From Candidatus Eiseniibacteriota bacterium (GTDB taxonomy: Bacteria > Eisenbacteria > RBG-16-71-46 > DASYSL01): a stretch of 62,675 bases of DNA. Below the pieces are notes generated by a model that saw only the letters and a program-made list of their open reading frames with translations, had not been told where the DNA came from and ran no database searches. The stretch lies in assembly GCA_031413115.1 (NCBI GenBank), contig JANOEH010000170.1, forward strand, positions 1 to 62,675, written 5' to 3'. The stretch's first letter is position 1. Every line of letters begins with the position of its first letter. Below are positions 25,785 to 35,029 of this stretch, piece by piece. Both the position numbers and the translations under genes were made by a program.

Positions 25785-28028
25785 TCACGTCCCGGACAAC
25801 ATCCGCAGCAGGTTCGGAATCCCCATGCCCTGCACGTAGCGATCACGCCCCAGGTCCGTGCAATGCGCCAGCAGCATGCGCTTCACCTCGTCGGGTCGGC
25901 CGATGAACTCCGGCCGCGCCGACAGGAAGGCCGCCAGAAGTCCGGACACGTGCGGCGCGGCCATGCTGGTCCCGCTCATCGACACGTACTCCTTCGTGCC
26001 GGCGCGGCACGAGCGGATGTTCTCCCCGGGCGCGACGACGTCGGGCTTGGCGCGCCCGTCGGCGGTCGGACCGCGCGAGCTGAAGTACGACACGCCGTAG
26101 ACGTGCGGACGATCGGCGTGCACCGAGCCCACCGCGATGCACTCCTCGAGGTTTGCCGGATCGCCGACCGCCACGACCGGGTTCAGGTCGAACGACTCGT
26201 CGCCTTCGGTGCGCACGCGCACGCGGCCGTCGTTGCCGCAGGCGACGACCGCGAGCACGCCCTGGCGCCACAGCCGCCGCAACTCCTGGCACAGCGGCGA
26301 GTGGCCCACGCCGTACACCGAGGCGTCGAACGAACCGCCGAGGCTCAGGTTCACGCCGGCGACGACCAGGTCGGAAGACTTCTCGTTCGTCTCGGCGATG
26401 TGATCGAGCGCCTTGATGATCCACGCGTCGTCGCCTTCGCCCGTGTCGCCCAGCACCTTGTAGACGACGAGCTTCGCCTTCGGCGCCACGGCGACGAGCG
26501 GCTTCCCGGCGTCCGTGCCCTCGCCGGCCACGATGCCGCAGACGTGCGTGCCGTGGCCCTGCACGTCGGTCGGCCTGGCGATCGGCCGCGGCGAGCCGGG
26601 CTTCGTGCAATCGAAGACCTGCAACGAGTCCCCGAGCCCCGCGAAGTGCGGGTGGGCCGCGTCGATCCCGGTGTCGAGCACGGCCCACGTCACGCCCCGC
26701 CCATCGGCGCCGTACGTCGCGCGCGCGGCCGGCGCATGGACGACCGCGGCCGAGCGCTGCAGGAGCGCGCGCTTCGTGGCGTTGCGCCACACGCAGTAGA
26801 CCTCGGCCCGGGCCGCGACGACGAGCGCCTCGATCTCGCTCGCGGTCAGGCGCGCGGCGACGAAGCGACGCAGCGGGTCGATGGCCGCGGCCCGCAAGTC
26901 GGCGTCGGCGCGCGTCCGGACGCGCCCGGCCCGCACGACGTCCGCGATCTTCGTCACCAGCGCGTCGCGGTACGTGTCGAGGTCGGCAGGCTTCCGGCCC
27001 CGCGCCGCACCCGTCGCCTTCGGCTCCGGATAGGCGACGGGGTCGCGGATCTCGACGAGCACGCCGTGGCGCGCCTCGCGATCGAGCATCGCGCCCAGCA
27101 CGTCGCGCCGGAGCAGGCGCCCGTAGGCGAGCGCGTTCTCGGGCAGGCCGAGTGCGCGGCCGATCTCCTCGCGCGCCTCGGGCGTGGCCAGGTAACCGGC
27201 GCCGGCGTGCGGGCCGCCCTCCTTCCACACCAGGCGCGCCGGATTGACCACCGCACGATCGCGGATCCCCTTCGCCGCCATGCCCGCCTCGTCGGCGAGT
27301 GTCGCGTCGAGCGACACCACGTCCAGGCGGTCGGCAAGGTTCACCCACTCGGCCACGCCCGGCGGGAGCGCGAGCCCTGCGTTCCGTGCGCTGCGACGGC
27401 GCGCCCCGTCCTGGCGCAGGTGGTCCTGCACCTCCTCGATCCCCAGCGGCGAGCCGAGCGTGACGAAGCGTCGCACGCGCGCGGCGCTGCCCATCTCGTG
27501 GAGCACGTCGTAGGCGAGGATACTGCCCAGGCTGTGCGCGACCAGAACGACGTCGCCGCGCTCGGCACGGAGCGCCGCGCGCAACGGTGCTCGCATGCGC
27601 TCGCGCGCGGCGGCGTCGAACAGGTAGGCGGTGACGTCGGGCACGAAGCGCGCGGTGATCAGCCTGGTCAGAGGAATGCGCAGCCACGGCGGAAGCCCTG
27701 TGACGAGCGCGCCGCGGTCGCCGCTCGGCGCGAGCGCGTCGGTGAGCCGCGTGGCGAAGGCTCGCGCCGCGGGGTCGGCCGGCTCGACCCGCCCGATGCT
27801 CGCGGCGCGCGTCCGGCTCGCGGTCCGCGGATGCAGCACGCCCGCGTAGTCGACGAGCACGGGCGGTCGTCCCAGGCGGGCGGCGAGCGTGCCCTGCACG
27901 GGCATCCCGAACAGCGCGGTTTCCCAGGCGCGCAGGAGCAGCGGGGCTTGGAGCTGAGCCCCCGCGCCGTGGACGAAGATGAGACGCGGAACGGTGGACG
28001 ATGCGGCGCGACGGACACGTACGGGCAT
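25785..28028 (-). CDS. fusion protein: N-terminal alpha/beta-hydrolase (lipase/esterase-like), propeptide-like linker, C-terminal subtilisin (S8) peptidase; no signal peptide
   Basis: 747 aa. The hydrolase part has LIFVHGAG and the nucleophile elbow VLVAHSLGS (Ser166). The S8 part has AVLDTGID (Asp452), GHGTHVCG (His492), ACGNDG (Asn599) and SGTSMAAPHVSG (Ser688). Residues about 320-430 resemble an I9-type propeptide. Confidence 0.85.
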   Translation of the reverse strand: MPVRVRRAASSTVPRLIFVHGAGAQLQAPLLLRAWETALFGMPVQGTLAARLGRPPVLVDYAGVLHPRTASRTRAASIGRVEPADPAARAFATRLTDALAPSGDRGALVTGLPPWLRIPLTRLITARFVPDVTAYLFDAAARERMRAPLRAALRAERGDVVLVAHSLGSILAYDVLHEMGSAARVRRFVTLGSPLGIEEVQDHLRQDGARRRSARNAGLALPPGVAEWVNLADRLDVVSLDATLADEAGMAAKGIRDRAVVNPARLVWKEGGPHAGAGYLATPEAREEIGRALGLPENALAYGRLLRRDVLGAMLDREARHGVLVEIRDPVAYPEPKATGAARGRKPADLDTYRDALVTKIADVVRAGRVRTRADADLRAAAIDPLRRFVAARLTASEIEALVVAARAEVYCVWRNATKRALLQRSAAVVHAPAARATYGADGRGVTWAVLDTGIDAAHPHFAGLGDSLQVFDCTKPGSPRPIARPTDVQGHGTHVCGIVAGEGTDAGKPLVAVAPKAKLVVYKVLGDTGEGDDAWIIKALDHIAETNEKSSDLVVAGVNLSLGGSFDASVYGVGHSPLCQELRRLWRQGVLAVVACGNDGRVRVRTEGDESFDLNPVVAVGDPANLEECIAVGSVHADRPHVYGVSYFSSRGPTADGRAKPDVVAPGENIRSCRAGTKEYVSMSGTSMAAPHVSGLLAAFLSARPEFIGRPDEVKRMLLAHCTDLGRDRYVQGMGIPNLLRMLSGT

Positions 28029-28112
28029 GGCGACCTCCGGGGGCGAGGCCCCGAGAGAACGGGAGACGACCGAGGGCGAGCCAGCCTAGCAGACGCCGCC
28101 CGACCGATGCGT

Positions 28113-28118
28113 TACATT
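28113..28118 (+). promoter_or_regulatory. -10-like box TACATT, leaderless-type promoter candidate for the kinase gene
   Basis: TACATT at 28113-28118 is followed by 7 nt (cccgcgc) and then the ATG at 28126. There is no Shine-Dalgarno sequence and no convincing -35. Confidence 0.25.
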
Positions 28119-28125
28119 CCCGCGC

Positions 28126-30843
28126 ATGCATCCATCCCGCATCGGCGCCTATCCCATCGAACGCGAGGTCGGCCGCGGCGGCATGGGCGTGGTCTACCGC
28201 GCGCGCGACCCGCGCCTCGACCGCCCGATCGCGATCAAGGTCCTGCCCGACGAGTTCGCCCGCGACCCCGAGCGCCTGGCGCGCTTTGAGCGCGAGGCAC
28301 GCCTGCTCGCCGCGCTGGTCCACCCGAACATCGCCGCCATCCACGGCCTCGAGGAGGCGGACGGACATCGCTTCCTCGTTCTCGAGTTCGTCGAGGGTGA
28401 GACCCTGGCGCAGCGCCTGGCGAGCGGACCGCTCACCGTGGCCGAGACGCTCGACGTGGGCCGCCAGATCGCGGCCGCGCTCGAGGCCGCGCACGAAGCG
28501 GGCATCGTCCACCGGGATCTCAAGCCCGGGAACGTGATCCTCACGCCCGCGGGCGATGCGAAGGTGCTCGACTTCGGTCTCGCGCGCGGCTCCGAGCCCG
28601 CCGGCGCGGAATCGGATCCGAACGCGCAGCAGTCGCCGACGCTCACCTTCGCGGCGACCGGGGCCGGCGTCATCCTGGGCACCGCCGCGTACATGAGCCC
28701 CGAGCAGGCGCGCGGACGGCGCGTCGATCGCCGCACCGACATCTGGTCGTTCGGCGCGGTCCTCTACGAGTGCCTGACCGCGAAGCAGGCCTTTCCCGGC
28801 GAGACCGTCTCGGACTCGATCGCGCGCATCCTGCAGACCGAGCCCGATCCCGCGCCGCTGCCGGCCGACCTTCCGCCGCGGCTGCGCGCGCTGCTGTCGC
28901 GGTGCCTCGAGAAGGACGCCAGGCGCCGCCTGCGCGACATCGGCGACGCGCGCATCGAGCTCGAGGAGATGATGGGGATCGCGCCGGCGAGCTCGCGCCT
29001 GGGGCACGACTCGAGCGCGATCCGTGCGACCGGCGCGAGCGCGGTCCGCGTCGACGCCCCCGCAGGCGGACGCCTGCGGCCCGCCCTGGTCCTCGCCGCC
29101 GTCGCGCTCACCGGTGCGCTCGTGGCGTGGTTCGCGGGGGCGCTGCTCCGCCCGGACGACGCGGCGCGCGAGCCCCTGCGCTACACGATCAAGGCCCCCG
29201 CCGGATGGACGATCCCGGGAGATGCGTGCATGCTGGCGCTCTCGCCCGACGGTCGTACTCTCGCGTTCGTCGCCGCGGACTCGCTGGGCGTGTCGAACCT
29301 GTGGCTGCGGCCGCTCGACTCGTTCGGGGCGACGCTGCTGCCCGGCACCGAGGGCGCCTTGCTCCCCTTCTGGGCGCCCGACGGGAAGGCGGTCGCATTC
29401 TTCGCCCTGGGCAAACTGCGCCGGTCGACGATCGGCGGCGGCAACCCCGAGGCGATCTGCGACGCGCCGAACCCGCGGGGCGGAAGTTGGGGGTCCAAGG
29501 GCGTGATCGTTTTCGCCCCGACGTCGGGCGGGCCGCTTCACCGCGTGGACGCAACGGGCGGCGCCTCGCAGCCCGTCACCGGGATCGATTCGACGGCGAA
29601 CGAGACCGCGCATCGCTTTCCCTGCTTCCTCCCCGACGGCGAGCGGTTTCTCTACGTCGCCCTCCCGGCGCGCGAAGGCCGCTTCGACGTGTGGATCGGT
29701 TCGACCCGCGACCCCGCGCGCGACGGGACGCCGGTGCTCCGCTCCAGTGGCGCTCCGATCTACGCCGAGTCGGGCCATCTCCTGTTCGCGGTCAATGCGA
29801 AGCTCATGGCGCAGGCGTTCGACGCGGGATCGGGTCGCGTCCAGGGCGAGCCCTTCGTGATCGGCGACCCTCCGGCGCCGACGAGCTACACCGGCGCGCA
29901 CCCGGGAAGCGTGTCGCGAACCGGCGTGCTGGCGTGGACGAGCGGACCGCCGGGATCGAACCGGCTCGCCTACCTCACGCTCGACGGGCGGATGGACCCC
30001 GTCCCGGGGATCCCCGAGCGCTCGTGGAGCAGCCTCGCCGCGTCGCCCGACGGGCGCTACGCGACGGTCGAGGAGTCGCACGCGGGAACCAGCGACCTGT
30101 GGCTGATCGACCTGACGCGCGGCCTGGCCACCCGCCTCACCACCGGCACCGAGATCGCCGAGTCCGGAGCGTTCCTGCCCGATTCGCGATCCTTCCTGTT
30201 CGGGTCGAACCGCGAGGGCCTGCGCCAGTTCTACCGGCGGCGCGTGGACGGTGCGGGCGGGGACTCGCTCGTGTACCGATCCCCCGTGCCGTTCAAGAAC
30301 CTGGTCGACGTCACGCCCGACGGGGCGGAGTTCCTGTTCCATCAGGTCAGCGGCGACTCGGGGTGGGACATCTACGCGGCGCGCTTCGATTCCCCCCAAC
30401 CCCGTCCTGTCGTGGTCACGCGGCATCACGAGAACGGGGCGAATCTCTCCCCCGACGGCCGGTGGCTGGCGTGGCTGTCGGACGAATCCGGCGCGGGCGA
30501 GGTCTACGTCGCGGCCTATCCCGGAGTCACGGGCAAGCAGCAGGTCTCGCGCGGCGCGCTCTCGCCCCCGCTCTGGTCGGTCGACGGACGCACGATCTGG
30601 TTCGCCCAGGGCGTGGGGAACATGCTCATGGCGGCGCGCTTCGATCCGGGGACGGGCGAGGTCGCCACGCCGCGGGAAGTCCGCCCGGCGCCCCCGGGGA
30701 TCATCGCCGCGACGGTCCTCCCGGATGATCGATTCCTCGTCATCCACTCGCCGCAACAGGCGTCGGGCGAGATCGCGATCGCGGTCGACTGGGCCACGAC
30801 TCAGCCCGCCGCGCCGTCCGCCGGTCGGAACCGCGCCAGGTAG
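28126..30843 (+). CDS. Ser/Thr protein kinase with one TM helix and a periplasmic TolB-like (PD40/WD40-like) beta-propeller
   Basis: 905 aa. Kinase motifs: GRGGMGVVYRA, AIKVL, HRDLKPGNVIL, DFGLAR, AYMSPEQ. The TM helix is PALVLAAVALTGALVAWFAGALL. The C-terminal half repeats SPDGR.../APDGK.../SPDGRW... propeller blades. Confidence 0.9.
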   Translation: MHPSRIGAYPIEREVGRGGMGVVYRARDPRLDRPIAIKVLPDEFARDPERLARFEREARLLAALVHPNIAAIHGLEEADGHRFLVLEFVEGETLAQRLASGPLTVAETLDVGRQIAAALEAAHEAGIVHRDLKPGNVILTPAGDAKVLDFGLARGSEPAGAESDPNAQQSPTLTFAATGAGVILGTAAYMSPEQARGRRVDRRTDIWSFGAVLYECLTAKQAFPGETVSDSIARILQTEPDPAPLPADLPPRLRALLSRCLEKDARRRLRDIGDARIELEEMMGIAPASSRLGHDSSAIRATGASAVRVDAPAGGRLRPALVLAAVALTGALVAWFAGALLRPDDAAREPLRYTIKAPAGWTIPGDACMLALSPDGRTLAFVAADSLGVSNLWLRPLDSFGATLLPGTEGALLPFWAPDGKAVAFFALGKLRRSTIGGGNPEAICDAPNPRGGSWGSKGVIVFAPTSGGPLHRVDATGGASQPVTGIDSTANETAHRFPCFLPDGERFLYVALPAREGRFDVWIGSTRDPARDGTPVLRSSGAPIYAESGHLLFAVNAKLMAQAFDAGSGRVQGEPFVIGDPPAPTSYTGAHPGSVSRTGVLAWTSGPPGSNRLAYLTLDGRMDPVPGIPERSWSSLAASPDGRYATVEESHAGTSDLWLIDLTRGLATRLTTGTEIAESGAFLPDSRSFLFGSNREGLRQFYRRRVDGAGGDSLVYRSPVPFKNLVDVTPDGAEFLFHQVSGDSGWDIYAARFDSPQPRPVVVTRHHENGANLSPDGRWLAWLSDESGAGEVYVAAYPGVTGKQQVSRGALSPPLWSVDGRTIWFAQGVGNMLMAARFDPGTGEVATPREVRPAPPGIIAATVLPDDRFLVIHSPQQASGEIAIAVDWATTQPAAPSAGRNRAR

Positions 30844-32021
30844 TCCTCGATCGCCGTCTCGAGCCCGACATCCCGCTGTTCCTGCTCCGAGCGGAACCAC
30901 TTATGCTCGAGCACCTCGGCATACAGCTCGGCCGCGTCGGCCTCCGGGCCACGCGCCGCGGCGAGCCGCTCGACCGTGGGCTCGTAGCGCTCCTTGAGCC
31001 ACGAGAACGCCGCGGCGCTCATGGGCACGCTGCGATTCTTCTCGCGCGCCAGCGTCGCCTTCACCTCGTGAATCTCGTCGAGGAACTGCGACGCCTGGCG
31101 ATCCCCCGCCACGACCCCGGTCATGCTGTGCAACAGGTGACGATGGTAGTCGCGATCGGTGACGATCGTGCGCAGGCGCAGGTGCTCGCCGTCGGGCGCG
31201 GGCAGCAGCTCGAGTTCGCCGACGGTGAAGCCCAGGTCGTTGAGTGCACGGATGCGCTCGTGGATGCGGAAGCGCTCGTCGGGCTTGAGCAGCACCTCGC
31301 GCGTGATCTCTTCCCACAGGCGCGTATAGCGCGAGCGGATCTGGGCGCCGGTCTCCTCGATCGACAGCAGCGGCGGCAGCGCGACCAGGTGCCCGACGTC
31401 GGCCAGCTCGCCGGCGACGTTCTCCTCCATCACGTCGAGATCGTAGGCGCGGCGGCCGTCCGAGATCGAGTCGTGCAGCTCGGAGGTCTCGGCGTCGACG
31501 AGGTAGGCCTGCAGTTCGCCCGCGTCGCGGCGGAACAGCGTGTTCGACAACGAGCAATCGCCCCACACGAAGCCGGCGAGGTGCAGGCGCACGAGCAGCC
31601 CGGCCATCGCGTCGAGCAGGCGTTCGCGATAGCGCTCGAGCCCTTGCTGCATGAACAGCGTGCGGTACGGCAACGACGCCTCGAGGAAGCGCGTGATGAG
31701 CACGCCGGTCTCCTCGTCGCTGCCCTCGGCGCGCCGGTGCGCGTGCCCGACCGGAATCACGGCCGGCAGCCCGCGCTCCTCGAGCTCGCGCAGCAGCCCA
31801 TACTCGCGCTCGCCGATCGCGACCGGCAGTTCCTTGAGCGCGTAGACACGCCGCTCGTAGGCGACGAACACGACGTCATGGCGCGACAGGCCGCGCGGCA
31901 TTTCGACGATGCGCGAACACTCGGCGGGCCAGGCCGCCAGCGGGCGGTTCCACGGCAGGTCGAGAAAGTCCGGATCGCCGGGACGCAGGTGGAACAGGCG
32001 GAGTCCGCCGGGGAGGTTCAT
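30801..32021 (-). CDS. DUF4032-type protein with an N-terminal Kdo/WaaP-like (atypical kinase) domain
   Basis: The ATG at 32021 lies inside track ORF 30801..32195 and gives 406 aa. FVWGDCSLSNTLFRRDAGELQAYLVDAETSELH resembles the catalytic loop and DxE of lipopolysaccharide-kinase-like folds. The C-terminal helical region ends in LEHKWFRSEQ. The family name is from memory. Confidence 0.7.
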   Translation of the reverse strand: MNLPGGLRLFHLRPGDPDFLDLPWNRPLAAWPAECSRIVEMPRGLSRHDVVFVAYERRVYALKELPVAIGEREYGLLRELEERGLPAVIPVGHAHRRAEGSDEETGVLITRFLEASLPYRTLFMQQGLERYRERLLDAMAGLLVRLHLAGFVWGDCSLSNTLFRRDAGELQAYLVDAETSELHDSISDGRRAYDLDVMEENVAGELADVGHLVALPPLLSIEETGAQIRSRYTRLWEEITREVLLKPDERFRIHERIRALNDLGFTVGELELLPAPDGEHLRLRTIVTDRDYHRHLLHSMTGVVAGDRQASQFLDEIHEVKATLAREKNRSVPMSAAAFSWLKERYEPTVERLAAARGPEADAAELYAEVLEHKWFRSEQEQRDVGLETAIEDYLARFRPADGAAG

Positions 32022-32165
32022 GGGCGCAGTGTGCACGCTCCGCCGCCCCGGGGCCACCCTTCGCCGGAGGCCTTGACGCACCCCGTTGGGAAACGGTAGC
32101 CTTCTCTCGTCCTTCGGGATCGCGAACCCGCTCGGTGCGGGTCGGCGCACGGAAAGGAGCAAGCC

Positions 32166-32222
32166 ATGACGGTGACCAACGCACACCCCGTCCACTCGTT
32201 CCCCGGGAGCGACCGCTCGTAA
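32166..32222 (+). CDS. candidate 18-codon upstream ORF (leader peptide?) MTVTNAHPVHSFPGSDRS
   Basis: AAAGGAG lies 6 nt upstream of the ATG at 32166 and the stop is TAA at 32220-32222. It is in the same frame as rsgA and is followed by a terminator-like hairpin. Confidence 0.25.
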   Translation: MTVTNAHPVHSFPGSDRS

Positions 32223-32255
32223 CGCCGCGATCTCAAGATCGTCTTACGGAGTGTC

Positions 32256-32285
32256 GGCCGCCCCATCGGGGTGGCCGTTTTCGTT
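32256..32285 (+). terminator. intrinsic-terminator-like hairpin in the rsgA leader
   Basis: GGCCGCCCC (32256-32264), loop AUC, GGGGUGGCC (32268-32276) form a 9-bp stem with one G-U pair. GUUUUCGUU follows. No upstream plus-strand gene needs terminating here. Confidence 0.45.
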
Positions 32286-32309
32286 CCTGTCGAAAGGACG
32301 CTCTCCGTC

Positions 32310-33440
32310 ATGTCACAGCCGATGCCGCACCCGCAGTTTCCGCAGTTCCCACCGTCCCTGATCGACCTCGGATTCAAGCCGTCGCACGCCGCGTCGTTTG
32401 CGCCGTACGCCGAGCGTGGTCTCGTGCCCGCACGCGTGGCGCGCGCCGAGCGCGATCGCATCCTCGTCCTCACCGGGCTCGACGATCCGCCGCGCGCGGC
32501 CGTCGTGCGCGGGCGCCTGCGTCACGAGGCGGCGAGCCCCGCCGACCTCCCCACCGTGGGCGACTGGGTCGCGCTCGAGCCCGCCGCGGACGGGCCGTCG
32601 GTCGTCCACGCCGTGCTGCCCCGCGCCAGCGCCTTCACGCGCCTCGACGTCGGCCGCGAGACGATTGAACAGGTCGTCGCCGCGAACGTGGACGTGCTGT
32701 TCCTCGTCGCCGGGCTCGACGGCGACTTCAATCCGCGGCGCATCGAGCGCTTCGTCGTCGCCGCGTGGGAGTCCGGCGCGCGGCCCGTCGTGCTGCTCAA
32801 CAAGGCCGACCTGGTCGACGCCGCCGAGCTCGACCGGCGCATCGGACTGGTGCAGGCCGTCGCTCCGGGCGTCCCCGTGATCCCGCTCGCGGCCGCCGCC
32901 GGCACGGGGCTCGAGGCGCTCGCTCCGCACCTGCAGCCCGGCTCGACCATCGCCGTCGTGGGCTCGTCGGGCGTGGGCAAGTCGACGCTGATCAACCGCC
33001 TGCTCGGCGAGGAACGGCTCGAGACGGGCGACGTGCGCACCGGCGACCAGCGCGGCCGGCACACGACGACGTGGCGCGAGCTCGTGCCGCTGCCGGGCGG
33101 CGCGATCCTCGTCGACACCCCGGGCGTGCGCCGCTTCGCGCTGTGGGGCGAGGAGGGCGAGGCCTTGCTCGAGCGCGGCTTCACCGACGTCGACGCCTTC
33201 GCCGCGGTGTGCCGCTTCCGCGACTGCGCGCACGAGGGCGAGCCCGGCTGCGCAGTCGAGGCCGCGGTCGCCGCCGGGACGCTGCCGGCCGAGCGCTTCG
33301 CCAGCTGGAAGAAGCTGCGCCGCGAGCTGCGCGCGTTCGAGATCCGCCACGACGTGCGGGCGCGGCAGGCCGAGAAGTCCCTCTGGAAGGCGCGCACGAA
33401 GGGCGTACGCGAACACATGAAGCGGAAGTACGGGGAGTGA
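32310..33440 (+). CDS. rsgA: ribosome small-subunit-dependent GTPase A
   Basis: Circularly permuted GTPase motifs are present: LLNKADL, VVGSSGVGKSTLINRL, DTPGV. The C-terminal zinc motif is CRFRDCAHEGEPGCAV. I prefer the ATG at 32310; the track's alternative GTG at 32271 lies inside the hairpin. Confidence 0.9.
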   Translation: MSQPMPHPQFPQFPPSLIDLGFKPSHAASFAPYAERGLVPARVARAERDRILVLTGLDDPPRAAVVRGRLRHEAASPADLPTVGDWVALEPAADGPSVVHAVLPRASAFTRLDVGRETIEQVVAANVDVLFLVAGLDGDFNPRRIERFVVAAWESGARPVVLLNKADLVDAAELDRRIGLVQAVAPGVPVIPLAAAAGTGLEALAPHLQPGSTIAVVGSSGVGKSTLINRLLGEERLETGDVRTGDQRGRHTTTWRELVPLPGGAILVDTPGVRRFALWGEEGEALLERGFTDVDAFAAVCRFRDCAHEGEPGCAVEAAVAAGTLPAERFASWKKLRRELRAFEIRHDVRARQAEKSLWKARTKGVREHMKRKYGE

Positions 33441-33444
33441 GGCG

Positions 33445-34962
33445 CTAGCCGATCGAGGTCGGCCGCATCGTCGCGTCGAGCGCGTGTCCGTTGGAGACGA
33501 CGATCGACGGCAGCGCCTCGACGTCGGCGCGCTGCGTGTGGATGTTCACGATGCAGGCGCGCAGCACGTAGCGCTCGTCGGGCAGCACCGCGTTCGAGAC
33601 GAATGCCTCGCCACCCTTCTGCATACGGTCGAGCAGGGCCTGGTTGAGCGCGTTCAGGTACGCCGCGATCGCGGGATCGGATGCGCGCGGCGCGAGGTCC
33701 GCCGGCACGAAGCGGAACGTGGTGATGCTCAGCCCCTCGGTGGTGCACTCGAGTTCGGGCGTGGCGCGCACGGCGTCGGCGAGCAGGCGGGCGAGGCGGA
33801 TGTCGTCGCCGATCATGCGCCGATACCCCGCCGCGCCGGCCTGCCGCAGGGCGAGCCACACCTTGAGCGCGCGGAAGCCTCGCGAGTTCTGCATGCCGTA
33901 GTCGACGAAGTTCGTCAGCCCGGCCTCCAGGTGATAGTAGTCCGGGTGGTACGAGAACGCGGCGACGAGGTGCGCGCGGTCGCGCACCAGCGCGCAGCCG
34001 GCCTCGAGCGGCGCGTAGAGCCACTTGTGCGGATCGATCGCGACGGAGTCGGCGAGCGCCAGGCCCTTGAGTTCGGCCGGCGCTTCGGCCGCGGCGGCCG
34101 CCATCCCGCCGTACGCACCATCGACGTGGAACCACAGGTTCTCGGCCCGCGCCACCGCGGCGATCGCCGGCAGGTCGTCGACGGCGCCGGTGCTCACCGA
34201 GCCGGCGGTGCCGACGACGAGGAACGGCGTTGCTCCCGCGGCGCGATCGGCCGCAATCGCCTCGCGCAACGCGACCAGGTCCATGCGCTCCTCGGCATCG
34301 GTCGCGATCCAGCGGATCGCGTCGGTGCCCAGGCCCGACAGGTCGGTCGCCTTCTGGATCCACGTGTGCGTCGCACCCGAAGCGTAGACGCACAGCCGCG
34401 GCGCCGCGGCAGCCACGCCCCGCACGCGCACGTCTCCGCCGTCGCGCGAAGCGACCGCTGCGCGCGCCGCCCAGAAGCCGACGAAGTTCGCCATGTTGCC
34501 GCCACTGACGAGCAATCCCCCGGTGTCTCCCGGATAGCCGATCAGCTCGGCGATCCACCGCACGGTCTCGACTTCGATCTCGGTGGCGGCAGGCGACAAC
34601 GAGAACGCGCCGACGTTCGGGTTGACCGCCGAGGCGAGCAGGTCGCCGAGGATGCCGATCGGGGCGGGCGACGCCGTGATGTAACCGAAGAACTTCGGAT
34701 GCCCGTTGAACAACGAGTGCGCGAACAGGTCCCGCGCCGTCGTCTCGAGCAGCGCGGCCGCATCGGCCCCCTGCTCGGGCAGCGCACCACCCAGGCCGAG
34801 AGCCGCGCGGATCTCCGCGGGCGTCTCGCCGCGGGTCACCGGACCGACGGGCACGGCCGCGAGACCGTCGGCGACGAGGTCGACGAGACGGTGGCCGAGC
34901 GCACGGAACGTGGTCGAATCGAGTGCCAGGGGCGCGTCACGGCGGGCGGGGAAGTCGGACAT
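33445..34962 (-). CDS. group II pyridoxal-phosphate-dependent decarboxylase (second copy, aromatic-L-amino-acid decarboxylase-like)
   Basis: The ATG at 34962 (MSDFPARR) gives 505 aa. Motifs seen: HPKFFGYITASP, SGGNMANFVGFWAARA, HVDGAYGG, IDPHKWLYAPLEAG. Confidence 0.85.
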   Translation of the reverse strand: MSDFPARRDAPLALDSTTFRALGHRLVDLVADGLAAVPVGPVTRGETPAEIRAALGLGGALPEQGADAAALLETTARDLFAHSLFNGHPKFFGYITASPAPIGILGDLLASAVNPNVGAFSLSPAATEIEVETVRWIAELIGYPGDTGGLLVSGGNMANFVGFWAARAAVASRDGGDVRVRGVAAAAPRLCVYASGATHTWIQKATDLSGLGTDAIRWIATDAEERMDLVALREAIAADRAAGATPFLVVGTAGSVSTGAVDDLPAIAAVARAENLWFHVDGAYGGMAAAAAEAPAELKGLALADSVAIDPHKWLYAPLEAGCALVRDRAHLVAAFSYHPDYYHLEAGLTNFVDYGMQNSRGFRALKVWLALRQAGAAGYRRMIGDDIRLARLLADAVRATPELECTTEGLSITTFRFVPADLAPRASDPAIAAYLNALNQALLDRMQKGGEAFVSNAVLPDERYVLRACIVNIHTQRADVEALPSIVVSNGHALDATMRPTSIG

Positions 34963-35029
34963 GGGTCGGGTGTTCTCCGATTCAGGGGTTCGATCCTGGT
35001 GCAACATCTTGTCACACATATAGTTGTCG

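Noticed and set aside
25843-30900. A 1685-aa ORF on the minus strand spanning the subtilase fusion and the kinase gene.
   Set aside because: The translation is dominated by Arg/Gly/Pro/Ala with no recognisable motifs. It overlaps two ORFs in other frames or on the other strand that carry complete catalytic motif sets. Long stop-free shadow frames are expected at about 70% GC.
34985-34998. GGTTCGATCC, which resembles a tRNA T-loop, in the decarboxylase leader.
   Set aside because: The flanking bases do not form a 5-bp T-stem (CAGGG/CCTGG and AGGGG/CTGGT both mispair). No acceptor or anticodon arms can be drawn.
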